Shown here in pieces: positions 21,867 to 32,896 of a stretch of DNA of 64,000 nt. Below the pieces are notes generated by a model that worked only from the letters and a program-made list of their open reading frames with translations, was not told the origin of the DNA and made no database searches. Made by a program: the position numbers and the translations under genes. The stretch's first letter is position 1; every line of letters begins with the position of its first letter. This DNA is from an uncultured delta proteobacterium (lineage in GTDB: Bacteria > Desulfobacterota > Binatia > UBA9968), in assembly GCA_963727625.1 (NCBI GenBank), contig CAVSHR010000012.1:544001-608000 (forward strand). Reading direction: 5' to 3'.

Positions 21867-23180
21867 TCATCTCATCAGGCTCGGCAGATACTGCGCGAGC
21901 ATTGGAAACAGCATCAAGAGCGCGAGCAAAGTGGCGTCGCACACCAGAAAAGGAAAGGCCGCCGAGGCGACCTGAAAGAGCGTCGTTCCTTGGGGGGCGA
22001 CGCCCAACATAATGTAGAGCAGTAATCCAAAGGGCGGCGTGGTTTGGCTCATCTCCAGGCACAGGAGCACTAACAGCCCGAACCAGACCGGGTCGATTTT
22101 CATGACTCCGATCAGCGGCATTAAAATCGGCACGGAAATCAGGATCATCGAGACCGGGTCCATGAACATGCCGAGCAGCAGCAGCACCGCGAACATGCAC
22201 AGCAGCATCACCGTGACCGACAAGTCGAAGGACTTCAACCAGTTGAGCAATCCGACGCTGGCGCCCGAATAGGCCACCAGCTGGCTGAACACGCTGGACG
22301 AGATGATGATGAAGAACACCATTCCGGCGACCTTCACCGTAGACTCCAAGGACACCCAGATGGCGTTCCAGGTCAGCAGCCGGAATGCGGCAGCCAAAAT
22401 GAGAACGCCCAGGACGCCGAAGGCGGCCGCCTCCGACGGCGTCGCAATCCCCAGGATGATGAAGCCTACGACCAAGAACACCACGACGCTCATGGGCAGG
22501 ACGTTGACGCAGACGGAATGGAACTTTTCGCGCCGAGTCGCGCGCTTGACCTCGTAACCGGGGGCGCCGCTCGGATCGAGGAACAACTGGAGCGCGATCA
22601 TGCCGCAATAGAGAAACGCCAGCAGGAAGCCAGGAATGACGCCGCTGACGAGCAGCCGCCCAACGTCTATGCTGGCGACACTCGCCAGGAGTACGGCGAG
22701 GTTCGATGGCGGAATGATCATGGCTAGGCCGCCGGTGCCCAGAATCGGGCCGAGCGACATGCGCCAATTGTAACCGCGCCGGCGCATCTCCGGTACCATC
22801 AGCGACCCGAGCATCGCCGTATTCGCCATGCTCGAACCGGTCATCGTCGAGAAGGTGGCGCCGCCCGCGACAGTGAGAAAACAGAGCCGGCCCGGAAGCC
22901 GGCCGAACAGTTTGTCGAGCGCGTCAAAAACGCGGACGGCGAGACCCGAATGGAAGAACAGCGCTCCCATTAGGATAAACAGCGGGATGGGAACCAACTG
23001 AAAAGTGGTGATCAGGGCGGTGGAGTTGTCCACCACCTGGGTCAGCCCGCGCTCGCCGCCGATGAATACCAGCGTCGCAATGATGTTCGTCACCATGAAC
23101 GCGATGGCGACAGGAATGCCCAACACCATTGCGCCGACGATCAGACCGAGAAGTAGCGCTCCGGCAACGTACCATTCCAT
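21867..23180 (-). CDS. dctM: TRAP transporter large permease
   Basis: IPLFILMG, GGLAMIIPPS, TPSEAAA, TPPFGL. Confidence 0.93.
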   Translation of the reverse strand: MEWYVAGALLLGLIVGAMVLGIPVAIAFMVTNIIATLVFIGGERGLTQVVDNSTALITTFQLVPIPLFILMGALFFHSGLAVRVFDALDKLFGRLPGRLCFLTVAGGATFSTMTGSSMANTAMLGSLMVPEMRRRGYNWRMSLGPILGTGGLAMIIPPSNLAVLLASVASIDVGRLLVSGVIPGFLLAFLYCGMIALQLFLDPSGAPGYEVKRATRREKFHSVCVNVLPMSVVVFLVVGFIILGIATPSEAAAFGVLGVLILAAAFRLLTWNAIWVSLESTVKVAGMVFFIIISSSVFSQLVAYSGASVGLLNWLKSFDLSVTVMLLCMFAVLLLLGMFMDPVSMILISVPILMPLIGVMKIDPVWFGLLVLLCLEMSQTTPPFGLLLYIMLGVAPQGTTLFQVASAAFPFLVCDATLLALLMLFPMLAQYLPSLMR

Positions 23181-23183
23181 GGA

Positions 23184-23696
23184 TCACACGCTCTCCTGAA
23201 CCTCAGTGCGGTCGACGTACAGGGTGTCGATGCCCACCAGGTAACGGCCGAACTCGATGGCGACGAGCAGAAAAGCCGGCGCCATCGGCGCATAATTGAT
23301 CCACAAAGGAACGTCGACCGAGCGCTCCTCAAAGCCGCCGGAGCGGATTGCGTCGAGGGTCAGACCTAAACCGATATAGGCGAAAATCAGGCACGTGGCG
23401 ATGCACACGATGTAAACGAATTTCTCGACCAACCAACGAACCCGTCCGCGCAGGTGCGAAATCAGGGCGTCGACGCAGACATGGGCTTTTCTGCGGGTCA
23501 GAAACGGCGCGGCGAAAAGCGTAAAATACAGCAGAATGTATTCGACCACCGCGCTGGTGAACGCCGGCGGCTGCAACCCGACCGCGCGGACGCCGACGTC
23601 GACGACGATGAGAACAAAGGCAAGACCGATCATGGCGCCGGCGACAACCGCCAGCGCCATGACCAGAAAATTGTATGCGGATGCGACGGCCTTCAA
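23184..23696 (-). CDS. dctQ: TRAP transporter small permease
   Basis: Four TM segments, HVCVD, lies between dctP and dctM. Confidence 0.88.
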   Translation of the reverse strand: MKAVASAYNFLVMALAVVAGAMIGLAFVLIVVDVGVRAVGLQPPAFTSAVVEYILLYFTLFAAPFLTRRKAHVCVDALISHLRGRVRWLVEKFVYIVCIATCLIFAYIGLGLTLDAIRSGGFEERSVDVPLWINYAPMAPAFLLVAIEFGRYLVGIDTLYVDRTEVQESV

Positions 23697-23735
23697 TGCG
23701 CGAGGTCCGGTTGGAAGCGAACGATCCCGCGCGAG

Positions 23736-24734
23736 CTATTCCTTGTACATCTTGGCGCGAAGAACCGCGACTTCATCTTTGCTGAGCAGCGAGGCGACGC
23801 GTTTCCACATCGCTTCATAGGCGATATTGAGATACTTCTTCGCTCCCTCCGGCGGCATCTCGAAAATTTGGACGCCCTGTTTCGCGAGCGCGTCGGCGTC
23901 CGCCTTGGCAGCCTTGAGCGTGAAGTCGATGGACTCTTTTTCATATTCCGCGCCCACCTTGAGCAAGATCTCCTGCGCCGGCTTCGGCAGCGCTTTCCAC
24001 CTGTCGAGGTTGATCAGCACCACATTGGCGAGGTGATAGAACGGCGGGTCGACGCGATACTTCACCAATTTGCCGAGACCCTGCGAGGCGAGACCGACGG
24101 TGGGCCAGCCGAATCCCTCGACGACGCCGCGTTCCAGCGCGGTATAAACTTCGGCGGCATTGACGATCTGTACGGGCGTCGCGTGCAGGGCGAGGACGAG
24201 TGGCCGGTACGCTCCCGTGGTGCGGATCTTTTCGCCGGTGAGATCGATCACGCCGTCCTTCAACTTGGGCTTCTTAACCACGTAAAGATGGAACTGTGCC
24301 GAGGTTTCGCCAATGGCGATAATTTTGGCGTTGAGCTTTTTCTCCCAGTTTGGCTCCAGAAGATCGAAGGCCCCGTTGGCGCGATATTCGGCCGGGGTGA
24401 GATTGGTTGCGATTAGCGTCGTGCCCTGGGGAATAATCCCGGCGTGGTAGGCCGTCGGCGTGTGCAGCAAATCGATTGCGCCGCGTTGCACCGCCGGAGC
24501 TGCGCGGTCCGGCGGGTTGACTTCCGGGCCGCCTAAAAAATCGACCCGCACGACTCCTTTGCCCGCGGCATTGAGCTTGGCAACGAAAATCTCTTGAAAA
24601 CTCTTCGCCAAGTCGTGATTTTTCGGCAACGCCGTCTGCGTCTTCAGCACCGCTTCTTCCGCAGACGCGACGGCGCCAAACCCGCACAGAACACCGATGC
24701 TGATTACCAGCTTGAATATTTTTGTGATACGCAT
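23736..24734 (-). CDS. dctP: TRAP substrate-binding protein
   Basis: Signal peptide, DLTGEKIR, EVYTALERGVVEG, WKALP. Confidence 0.9.
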   Translation of the reverse strand: MRITKIFKLVISIGVLCGFGAVASAEEAVLKTQTALPKNHDLAKSFQEIFVAKLNAAGKGVVRVDFLGGPEVNPPDRAAPAVQRGAIDLLHTPTAYHAGIIPQGTTLIATNLTPAEYRANGAFDLLEPNWEKKLNAKIIAIGETSAQFHLYVVKKPKLKDGVIDLTGEKIRTTGAYRPLVLALHATPVQIVNAAEVYTALERGVVEGFGWPTVGLASQGLGKLVKYRVDPPFYHLANVVLINLDRWKALPKPAQEILLKVGAEYEKESIDFTLKAAKADADALAKQGVQIFEMPPEGAKKYLNIAYEAMWKRVASLLSKDEVAVLRAKMYKE

Positions 24735-25685
24735 GAGACCCTCCTGGCAAAAGCGATCACGAAATCGCTTTTCAACCCCGGCTTAAAGAACCCCATCTTA
24801 TCTTCCCGTCTCCCGCTTCCTCCTCTGCTTATCGAATTCGGAATAGCCATCACCGAGCCCATCTTTTCATTCTCGATCACCTACCCCGGACTTGTAGGCA
24901 CGCGGCGGGCTACAGTCAAGCCAAATCCGCGCGCTACCGGGGGCGCTTCGCACCGAGAAATTTCTCAAAAAGGATTCGAACTACGGACGGCGCGGGCAAG
25001 GTACGTAAACCCCGCGATCGATGCGTGGCTCGATGTTTATAATGAGGCCTGACGGCAAGGAGAGGATCGAAGAACCTTCGTGGCAGGGATATAAAGACAA
25101 ACGACAGAAACCCGAGTTTCCGCCGACCTAAGAATCCAATCGAAGAGCAAATTTCACTTGAGTGAAACCACAAAGCCTTTCGCAATTTCGCCGAGCGGAA
25201 ATTTGCGGCGCTGTCTCAGAATGTCGATTAGAGGTGCTGGTTGCCCGGAAACGTCACACAACTGCCGTGTCGATTGGCTCATCGAAGTTAACAGCGGAAA
25301 GCCCTAACATTTCTCCGGACTCTCTTGGTCTTCGCCATGAAGCGAAAAACTGCAAGGCCCGCCAGCGGTGCGACAACTAAAAGCAACAATGGAATGGTGA
25401 CGGTTTCCAGCATGATGATCATGTCTAAATGCAACATCGGTACCAACCAAAAATCTATGCAATTCAGCTAGTTATAACAATCACCGCCGCGCCGGGCATG
25501 GCAAGATATGCGAACTCTGACGGATTTGACAATATTTCCGCGGCCGAAATATTCCTTCAAATGAAGCCGCTACGTATCACAAGAGACGCGAGCCAACATA
25601 CTCTCAAAGGAAATTGGAAACCGAAATCTTTCCAATTCGCGGTGCGACATTGTCGTCGCTGTTTTTGCCCGATCCGCGGCTGGCT

Positions 25686-26621
25686 TTAAGTAATTACATA
25701 GCGACGGGAACCCCAATCCAACCACTTTCGGCTCCTCGGGCCAAAAAGAAGAGCCCCCGACATCCCCACTAGATCAATCAGTCTGAGCGCAGGAAATATC
25801 GGCAGCGCCAGTAACATCTGCCAGCGGAAAAGGCCATACTCCTTATATCCTGCACGAAGGCGCTTCCAATCCAGGTTGATTGCGTCTGCGTATAATCGCG
25901 GCGCCGCAAAAATACCCATCGTTAGCTTCCTCGTTTCCTTTAGACCGGCATCCACCCAGCAGACAGCAACGGCGTCGTAGCCCCGTCGCAATCGTTCGCG
26001 CAACGTGGGCGGTAAACCATGAATCACGACGGCCTCTGGCGCCATTATGACGGGCGTCCGAGTCCGGCAGAGCTTTTGAGCATGCAGGTAACACGCGCAA
26101 CGCAGCGGACCTTCAGGCACCGGAAGCCGAATCAACAATTCGCGAAGAAAGGCTGCGTTGTTAAACGCGTAGCAACCAAGGGAACGCACCGATCGAGGCA
26201 AAAGAAAGCCAAAATCCATAATCGAAAGAATCGAAGAAAAAAAGCCCCGCGGATATCTGGAAAAACCGCCGCTCGCTTCTGCACATCCCTTTCGTATCGG
26301 CTCGGTTAGTTTTTCAAGCCAACCCGCGAGCGGAATACAGTCACCATCCAGATAGGCGACAATCTGCCCCCGTGCTTCCCTAGCGGCAAGCATCTTTGCT
26401 TGATCGTAACCCAAGCCATGGGCGTCAAGGCAACGTACAAAGGGAAAATCCGTGTCTATCATTTGTCCTATTTTGGGGTCTCCGCTGGCCTCAACCAAGA
26501 GTATTTCGATCTCTCGCTCGGGACGGCAATATGCGGCAGCCGCAAGGATCGCCGTTCTTAATTCTTGCAGACTCGATCCTTCGAGGTAGTTGAAGGTTTC
26601 GATAACGATGGTGATATTCAT
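25686..26621 (-). CDS. Glycosyltransferase family 2
   Basis: ARGQIVAYLDGDC (DxD motif). Confidence 0.8.
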   Translation of the reverse strand: MNITIVIETFNYLEGSSLQELRTAILAAAAYCRPEREIEILLVEASGDPKIGQMIDTDFPFVRCLDAHGLGYDQAKMLAAREARGQIVAYLDGDCIPLAGWLEKLTEPIRKGCAEASGGFSRYPRGFFSSILSIMDFGFLLPRSVRSLGCYAFNNAAFLRELLIRLPVPEGPLRCACYLHAQKLCRTRTPVIMAPEAVVIHGLPPTLRERLRRGYDAVAVCWVDAGLKETRKLTMGIFAAPRLYADAINLDWKRLRAGYKEYGLFRWQMLLALPIFPALRLIDLVGMSGALLFGPRSRKWLDWGSRRYVIT

Positions 26622-27586
26622 GTCGAAGCCCCGTCAGATTGAGCGACCCGAGCGAATTTTCTTCTCTTCCAAAAACGATAAAACTTTCGAACCAGCGGAA
26701 GATAAGAGAGCGCCCAACGCGACAAATTTTTCCAACCCCAGGGACAATAACCAAACCCAATGCGAAAATATCTTCGCGCTTCTTGGTATTTTCCCAAACG
26801 CAGCAGGACTTTTCCTTGATCCGAATAATACTTGTTATAGTGAGGGAGGAGGCTCGCTTGTTTCTCCGGGCAACCGGCCCACAGCTGCCACAAGTGCCCC
26901 AGCAGCACCAACCAGTTTCTGTTCTTGAATTCGTCTTTAGCCTGGGATGGCAAGATCCGATATTGAACGAGGCTTTGCGACATGAAATGAAATTTATACT
27001 CTTGGGCAAGGCGTCCGAACAACTCGAAATCTTCGTGATAGTGGCCTTTAAATGATGGACTGAATCCGCCCGCGCTCAAGAAAATATCCCGTTTCAGCAA
27101 CACGGTTGACGGATAGGGAAAAGGCAACTTGTTGAAGACCAGGGTGTTGATCGATGATTTGTTCTTACTTGTGCGTCGCTCGATCTGCGTTTTTAGAATT
27201 TGCTTTGCAATCACGTTTCCATTTGCGTCGATGGCGTCCATGTCCGAGTAAACAAACGGGCACGCGCGATACCCGCCCGCCTCGCGCAATTGGAGAGCCA
27301 GTTTATCCGGATGCCAAACATCATCTGAATCCAAAAAAGCGATCCACTCCCCGCTTGCGTGGTTCACCCCTGTGGTTCTGGCCATTCCGGCGCCATGATT
27401 TTTTTGGCGATGGTAGGTGATCGGACCGCAAAAACCCCGTACGATTTTTTCCGTACCGTCTGTGGAACCATCGTCGACGACGATGATTTCGATATCACGA
27501 TAGGATTGGTCTAGTGCGCTCTGGATCGCCTGGCAAATAAAATTTTCACTGTTGTAAGCTGGAATAATGACGCTGACGGTGGGCAT
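26618..27586 (-). CDS. Glycosyltransferase family 2
   Basis: VSVIIPAYN, VVDDGSTD, AFLDSDD, HEDFE. Confidence 0.93.
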   Translation of the reverse strand: MPTVSVIIPAYNSENFICQAIQSALDQSYRDIEIIVVDDGSTDGTEKIVRGFCGPITYHRQKNHGAGMARTTGVNHASGEWIAFLDSDDVWHPDKLALQLREAGGYRACPFVYSDMDAIDANGNVIAKQILKTQIERRTSKNKSSINTLVFNKLPFPYPSTVLLKRDIFLSAGGFSPSFKGHYHEDFELFGRLAQEYKFHFMSQSLVQYRILPSQAKDEFKNRNWLVLLGHLWQLWAGCPEKQASLLPHYNKYYSDQGKVLLRLGKYQEARRYFRIGFGYCPWGWKNLSRWALSYLPLVRKFYRFWKRRKFARVAQSDGAST

Positions 27587-27743
27587 GCTTTACATCTCGT
27601 GCCTAAGCTATTTGTCCGGCTTCTACCATCAAGTACATCGAAAAACGTGCTTACCCAACCCTCCTTGAAAGCGCCGCGAACATGCGCGCTGGAGGCGAAA
27701 CGTTGGGCTCGCGGCGTAACATTTAGACTCCCGTACTCGGGTC

Positions 27744-28580
27744 TTATATCGGTTGCCGGCGGATGAAATCGTTGACGGTGTCGATGAACCGCATGGTTTC
27801 CGGCTTGTCGGACGACGGGACCATACGGTGTTCGGCCAAATCATCGAACGTGTGGACCTCGATCTCACCGCCGCGTTTGCGGTAGGACGCGATGAAACGT
27901 TCCTGCATTTCCAGCGGATGGTTTTGGTCGTTCGCCTTCAACAACATGAGAAGCGGTGATAGCTCGACCGACTCACCCTTGTCGAGGATGGTCTGCGGGC
28001 TGCCCTCGGCCATGGCCGCTTCCGTGCCCCAGTAATCGTTATGGGCCTTGATATGCTCCTGGTTGTTGATCTCTTGCGCGTAGCGGAAGCGATAGAGCGG
28101 ACAGATCACCGGCCAGCCGGCGATCACGTATGCCAAACTGGCATTGATCTTCGGATGGCTGGGCAGCGGCAACGCGGCATAAGCCGCGTGGCGCGGGCGA
28201 AGCGCGCTCAGCACGACTTGGTGGCCACCGCTGGAGTTGCCGAAGGCTCCCACATGGGTTGTGCCGTTCACCTCGCCGGCATGAGCTTTGAGCCAGCGGG
28301 TCGCGAGATTCACGTCGCAGATCGAAGCCGGATAACCCACTTCCGGCGGCTGGCGAAATTCCACCGCGGCAACTAAAATGCCCCGGGCGGCCAATTCCCG
28401 ATCGATGCCGGCGTTATTCAACCGGTCGCCGTTATGCCACGCGCCGCCATGCACGTCGATGATGCTCGGGAACGGTCCGGTGCCTTTGGGCTGGTAAATT
28501 CTAAGCAGCCACGGCTTGCCGTTGATGCTCTGATATTCGATGTCCCGTTCCTCGACTTCGTATCTAGGTTTATTTTCCAT
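27744..28580 (-). CDS. Alpha/beta hydrolase (HSL/esterase-like)
   Basis: HGGAW oxyanion motif, GNSSGG. Confidence 0.88.
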   Translation of the reverse strand: MENKPRYEVEERDIEYQSINGKPWLLRIYQPKGTGPFPSIIDVHGGAWHNGDRLNNAGIDRELAARGILVAAVEFRQPPEVGYPASICDVNLATRWLKAHAGEVNGTTHVGAFGNSSGGHQVVLSALRPRHAAYAALPLPSHPKINASLAYVIAGWPVICPLYRFRYAQEINNQEHIKAHNDYWGTEAAMAEGSPQTILDKGESVELSPLLMLLKANDQNHPLEMQERFIASYRKRGGEIEVHTFDDLAEHRMVPSSDKPETMRFIDTVNDFIRRQPI

Positions 28581-28742
28581 GGCGGCAATCTACCGCCGCA
28601 ACAGGACGCTATGCAAGTCCGTCCCCCACTGCTGAGGAACACTCCTGTCGGAGTAGTCGATCCACGATCCAAAAAACAACGTTGAATTGAGTCCTGGCAT
28701 GCAATAGTTTCGAGCCATCCGGACTACAGGAGGGCACAGGTT

Positions 28743-29732
28743 ATGGAACCGCGAGGAATCGTTTTCACGCCCCAACGCGAGCAGGCGGTCAAGCAGCATC
28801 CTTTCACCGATAAAAAGCGCGCCGCCGAGACCAAGGCCAAGCGCCATCCTCAGACCCGCCGCTTTATGTTCATGCGCGCCGATCATAGCGAACGGGATTT
28901 ACACGACGGTCCGGTGAACCCCGAGCGCATGGACACTGAGAACTGGGAGGGTGCCACCCATTATATTAAGCAAACCGCGCTGCAGATGGGAGCCGACCTC
29001 GTTGGCGTTGCGCCCGTGGATCAATTTGATTTTGTCCGCGGCAGTCAACCTCCGGCCGGCCATACGCGCGCCGTCGCCTTCGCGATCCACATGGACTTCA
29101 ATGAGATGAAGCGGCTCGGGCCGCTGGCGCAGATGGAGGTTCATCGAGTCTATTATCAGTTGTCGGACGTCTCGGTCCGGCTGGCGCAATTCATCCGCTC
29201 CTTCGGCTATCACGCCGTGGGTTATTCCAACGAGGAAACCGCGCTGTTTATTCCACTGGCGTGGAAGGCGGGACTGGGCGAACTCGGCCGCCACGGTTCG
29301 CTGATCACCAAGAAATACGGCCCGAGCGTTCGGCTCGGCGTGGTGACGACCGAGATGCCGCTGATCGCGGAAAGCGCTCCGGCCAACTACGGCTTTGACG
29401 ATCTGTGCCTGCGCTGCAACGCCTGCACGAATTTCTGCCCCGGCGACGCCATCGTGCCACGCAAGCAAGAGGTTTTCGGCACGGTTCGCTGGCACGTCGA
29501 TACGCCGGCGTGCCGGCCCTTCTTCGAAGATTACGAGGGCTGCAAGGTTTGTCTCACCGTCTGCCCCGTCAATGCCCAGACGGAATCCGGCCCGCTTTAC
29601 AAACCATTGATGAAAGGCCTCATGCGCCGTAAGACCAGTGTTAGGGAATTGATCGATGAGTGGCGCGCCGAGGGCGTTAAGGAAGCAGAGGCATTCGGCG
29701 AAGGCTGGCGACAGGACAACGACGGCGACTAA
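28743..29732 (+). CDS. Reductive dehalogenase/QueG-superfamily 2x[4Fe-4S] protein
   Basis: GADLVGVA, AGLGELGRHGSLITKKYGPSVRL, CxxCxxCxxxCP and Cx9CxxCxxxCP. Confidence 0.82.
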   Translation: MEPRGIVFTPQREQAVKQHPFTDKKRAAETKAKRHPQTRRFMFMRADHSERDLHDGPVNPERMDTENWEGATHYIKQTALQMGADLVGVAPVDQFDFVRGSQPPAGHTRAVAFAIHMDFNEMKRLGPLAQMEVHRVYYQLSDVSVRLAQFIRSFGYHAVGYSNEETALFIPLAWKAGLGELGRHGSLITKKYGPSVRLGVVTTEMPLIAESAPANYGFDDLCLRCNACTNFCPGDAIVPRKQEVFGTVRWHVDTPACRPFFEDYEGCKVCLTVCPVNAQTESGPLYKPLMKGLMRRKTSVRELIDEWRAEGVKEAEAFGEGWRQDNDGD

Positions 29733-29778
29733 AAAACCCTCTAGCGCGACCGGAAGACGATGGGGTTGATCCGTTCAA

Positions 29779-30747
29779 ATGAATTTTGCAATTCTTCGCC
29801 GGCCCCGAACTCAAGCCCTTCTCGACGGCACCGTAAAGCCGGCCGGGCTCTCCGCCCGATGGCTGGCCGTGTCCGACCCGCTGGGCTGGGCGCTGCCGCC
29901 GCACGAGAAACACCGGGATCTCGCCTCGGGCGAGTTGGACGGCGGCGAGATGAGCATCTCATCGTTTGTCCAGGCGAAATCTCGAGGCGCGCCGCTGGTG
30001 GCGTTGCCGATCTTTTTGAAACGCGGCCTGGTGCAGCGGAGTCTTGCTTGTCCCGTAGGCTCCCCGCTGACTTCCCCCGATCAACTGGTTGGCAAAAGAG
30101 TGGGATTGGTGAGTTACACTTCCAGCATGGCAGTATGGATGCGCGGGATTTTAAGCGACGGCTATGGATTCGATTGCTCGAGCGTCCAGTGGTTTACCGT
30201 CAGCGGCTCGTCCGATGCTGCCCAGTCTCTGAATATCCCGGATGAATTTTCGGAGGAAGGGATACAGGCCTGGGAGGAATTGGACGGTTATCCTCACGCA
30301 CTGGACCGCCGGGAGACCTTCCTCCTCTCGCTGCTGAACCAAGGGGCGCTGGACGCTGTCGTTTCTTTCCAGGCCAGGATCGACTGCGAGCGGATGAGGC
30401 CGCTGTTGCATGAGGACAGCCTGTGGTCCCATCCGCTAAATTCACAAATTTACCCGATCAATCACCTCTTCGTGGTCAAAACAGACGTCGTCCACAAGTC
30501 CCCGGCCATCACTGCGTCATTGTTGTCCACCTTTAGGGAAGCGCGCGGATTGTGGAAGAATTATCAGTCGCTGGGCGAGCGGCAGGGATTCGAGAGAGAA
30601 ACGGCGAAGTTGGGTTATGATCCCTTCGCGTATCGTTTGGGCGAAGTGGAGAAGACAACCTTGGAAACGTTCGTCGGTTATCTGGAGAGAGAGAAATTGA
30701 TTTCCCGCAAGCCCGGATTAAACGAACTTTTTTACGACGGGTTTTGA
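29779..30747 (+). CDS. 4,5-dihydroxyphthalate decarboxylase-like / PBP2-fold protein
   Basis: TQALLDGTV, EMSISSF, ALPIF, VWMRGIL, IYPINHLFVV. Confidence 0.75.
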   Translation: MNFAILRRPRTQALLDGTVKPAGLSARWLAVSDPLGWALPPHEKHRDLASGELDGGEMSISSFVQAKSRGAPLVALPIFLKRGLVQRSLACPVGSPLTSPDQLVGKRVGLVSYTSSMAVWMRGILSDGYGFDCSSVQWFTVSGSSDAAQSLNIPDEFSEEGIQAWEELDGYPHALDRRETFLLSLLNQGALDAVVSFQARIDCERMRPLLHEDSLWSHPLNSQIYPINHLFVVKTDVVHKSPAITASLLSTFREARGLWKNYQSLGERQGFERETAKLGYDPFAYRLGEVEKTTLETFVGYLEREKLISRKPGLNELFYDGF

Positions 30748-31089
30748 TGTGAGTTGTCATATCGCGGCCTTAGCCAGGTGGCAGCAGGCGTAAGGCAACG
30801 CCGGGCTTTAGACGTTTTTTCCATACGAATCTAAGTTCAGGATTAATATGCGTGTTATGCCGGAGGACGGAAGCCCCGAATCGGGAAAGTCTTTGCCTCT
30901 GGCCACCGCCTGCCAAAGCGTGACCCCAATCCTCCGACCCTGGTGAAGCCCAAGACAATTCACAATTGAGTTTTCCAAACGTCCAACGAAATGGCGCTTG
31001 ATGCCGCATAGAGGCGTTGAGAACGAATGCCCGCGGTGCCTCGCCGAATCCAAGGATACGGCTAATTACTGGGCCTAGGACGAAAAGTC

Positions 31090-31878
31090 ATGATTGGAAA
31101 ATCCACTATGCGGACGCGGCTTTGCCCAAACTGTGCCAACAGTGTCCAAGAAGAGGCCGCAAATTGTCCTTATTGCAAGGCCGACCTCTCATCGGGGCCT
31201 GCTCCTCAGTGGCTAAACCGTGACGAACTATCGTCGGAACCCCGACCAGGCTCGAATCATGATAAGAGATCCTCTATCCCTTCAAAGTTTATCTGGCCGG
31301 CCGCCATGGTTATTGTGGCTTTGACCGCCTTTTTTGCCGGCGGATACATGCAACGCGGCGAGCTATCGCTCGCAACCCAGAAGCACTTAAAAGAGATTCA
31401 AGCCAAAGATCAGATGATTCAAAGCCAGGAAGCCCAGCTTGCCCAGACCAAGCAACAATTGAACGAGAGATCCACCCAGCTCGCAGAAATGAAGACTAAA
31501 TTTGAGGAAGGCCGGAAAGAACTTGCGGCGGCACAACAGCGGTTAAGCGCCGCCACCCGCAAAGTCAATCGTCTGCCTTCGACCCGCTCCGTAGCGGTCG
31601 CCAGATCCGCATCACGGGCGCCCTACGCGAACGCCTCTTACTCTGCGCCGGCCACGGCAAGACGCTCAGCCAACCCGGGAGTCTACGAGACGACTCAAAC
31701 GACGTCGGTCTATGAAGGTCCGTCATCGTCTTCGCGCGTCATCACGCAAATCGGCAGAGGAACCAGGATCAACGTCGTAAGTTCCGCCGGCGCTTGGCTG
31801 GAAGTGCGGTCGAAGCACGGCAACCCTCCGGGATACGTGCCGTCCGGCGATGCGCGGCAGATCCGCCAAGTAAACTGA
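31090..31878 (+). CDS. Zinc-ribbon, TM, coiled-coil and SH3 domain protein
   Basis: CPNC/CPYC, one TM segment, heptads, C-terminal VYEGPS...WLEV...GYV. Confidence 0.78.
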   Translation: MIGKSTMRTRLCPNCANSVQEEAANCPYCKADLSSGPAPQWLNRDELSSEPRPGSNHDKRSSIPSKFIWPAAMVIVALTAFFAGGYMQRGELSLATQKHLKEIQAKDQMIQSQEAQLAQTKQQLNERSTQLAEMKTKFEEGRKELAAAQQRLSAATRKVNRLPSTRSVAVARSASRAPYANASYSAPATARRSANPGVYETTQTTSVYEGPSSSSRVITQIGRGTRINVVSSAGAWLEVRSKHGNPPGYVPSGDARQIRQVN

Positions 31879-32299
31879 AAAACCCCGCCACCGACTGCAA
31901 TTCAATCCTGCTGTTGATCATCGGCAAGTCCGCCGAAACTCGGAATTCACGCGACCATTAATTGGCGCCCACGAGGTTCCACTTTCGGAAATCTTGAATC
32001 CCGGATGTTTTCGGACATCATTACTGCACCCGCCTTGCTTTTACGGAAAGCACAATCGAGTGAACGAGGCATCATGACAAAGATCGTAATCATTTTTTGT
32101 CAGACCCCGTATACAGCATGCGGAAGCGAGCGCATTTCCCGGCATTTAAGCAGCCCCCACGTTTGGGTCCTGACGCGCAACTGTTCCGGCAATTTTTTGA
32201 GTCGAACGATTGCTAGACTTTTTAATTGCGCTAGGCCCGGACGGCGAGATCACCGTCCGGCCGAATCGCAAAAAACACGGTCAGGTATCGATGGTCCTC

Positions 32300-32410
32300 G
32301 GTTGATCATCATTGCGCGGTTCCTGGCTTGAGGACATGATTATCCTTTTTGATTTTTCCATGCCTGAAGTCGGTGACCGTTCCGGCAAAAAATCGAGATA
32401 TAGATTCTGC
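32300..32410. repeat. Intergenic element, copy 1 (copy 2 at about 38882..38990)
   Basis: Shared ggttgatcatca, acatgatt, tttttccatgcctga and ggtgac-gttccg blocks in the same order. Confidence 0.7.
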
Positions 32411-32896
32411 TGAAAAGTCTTTTTCCAAAAATCAGAAAAAAAGATTTCGCACACAGATGCCGTATAACGAACCATCGGAGCTTAGTGAATCATTTTTGAC
32501 GTCCCAAATTTTCCGAGAAAGGGGGTTTTTCAGCAAAATCAATCAGAGTCCCCAGCTTTTCCCCAATCGGCAAATATTCCGATCAAACTGAACCGAGACT
32601 GCGTCAATGATTTCTCTGCCCTTTACCTTGACTTTAACTTTACCGCTTTGATATGCGTGTGATTAGAACAACAAATTGTTCCTTTCACTGCTGCACCTAA
32701 AGGGCTGTTGCTTTCCCCCGTCGCCCGACGCACATGAACTTGTTTGCGAGTAACGCCCTTGCCCAACAGGAGGCGTGCTTGTTTCTTTCGCATACAACGT
32801 TCGGATTCATTTTACGTCTTACATCAATCTTTCTTGGAGTTGAGTTTTTGTCGGCGGTTTTGGGTTGATCCTAATTTCTTACCAAGGAGGTGCTGA

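Noticed and set aside
24965-24995. ggattcgaac, like a tRNA T-loop on the minus strand
   Set aside because: No T-stem, acceptor stem or cloverleaf can be formed
28590-28742. Cobalamin riboswitch upstream of the RdhA-like gene
   Set aside because: No B12-box or other recognisable conserved elements; the region is short and shared with a divergent gene
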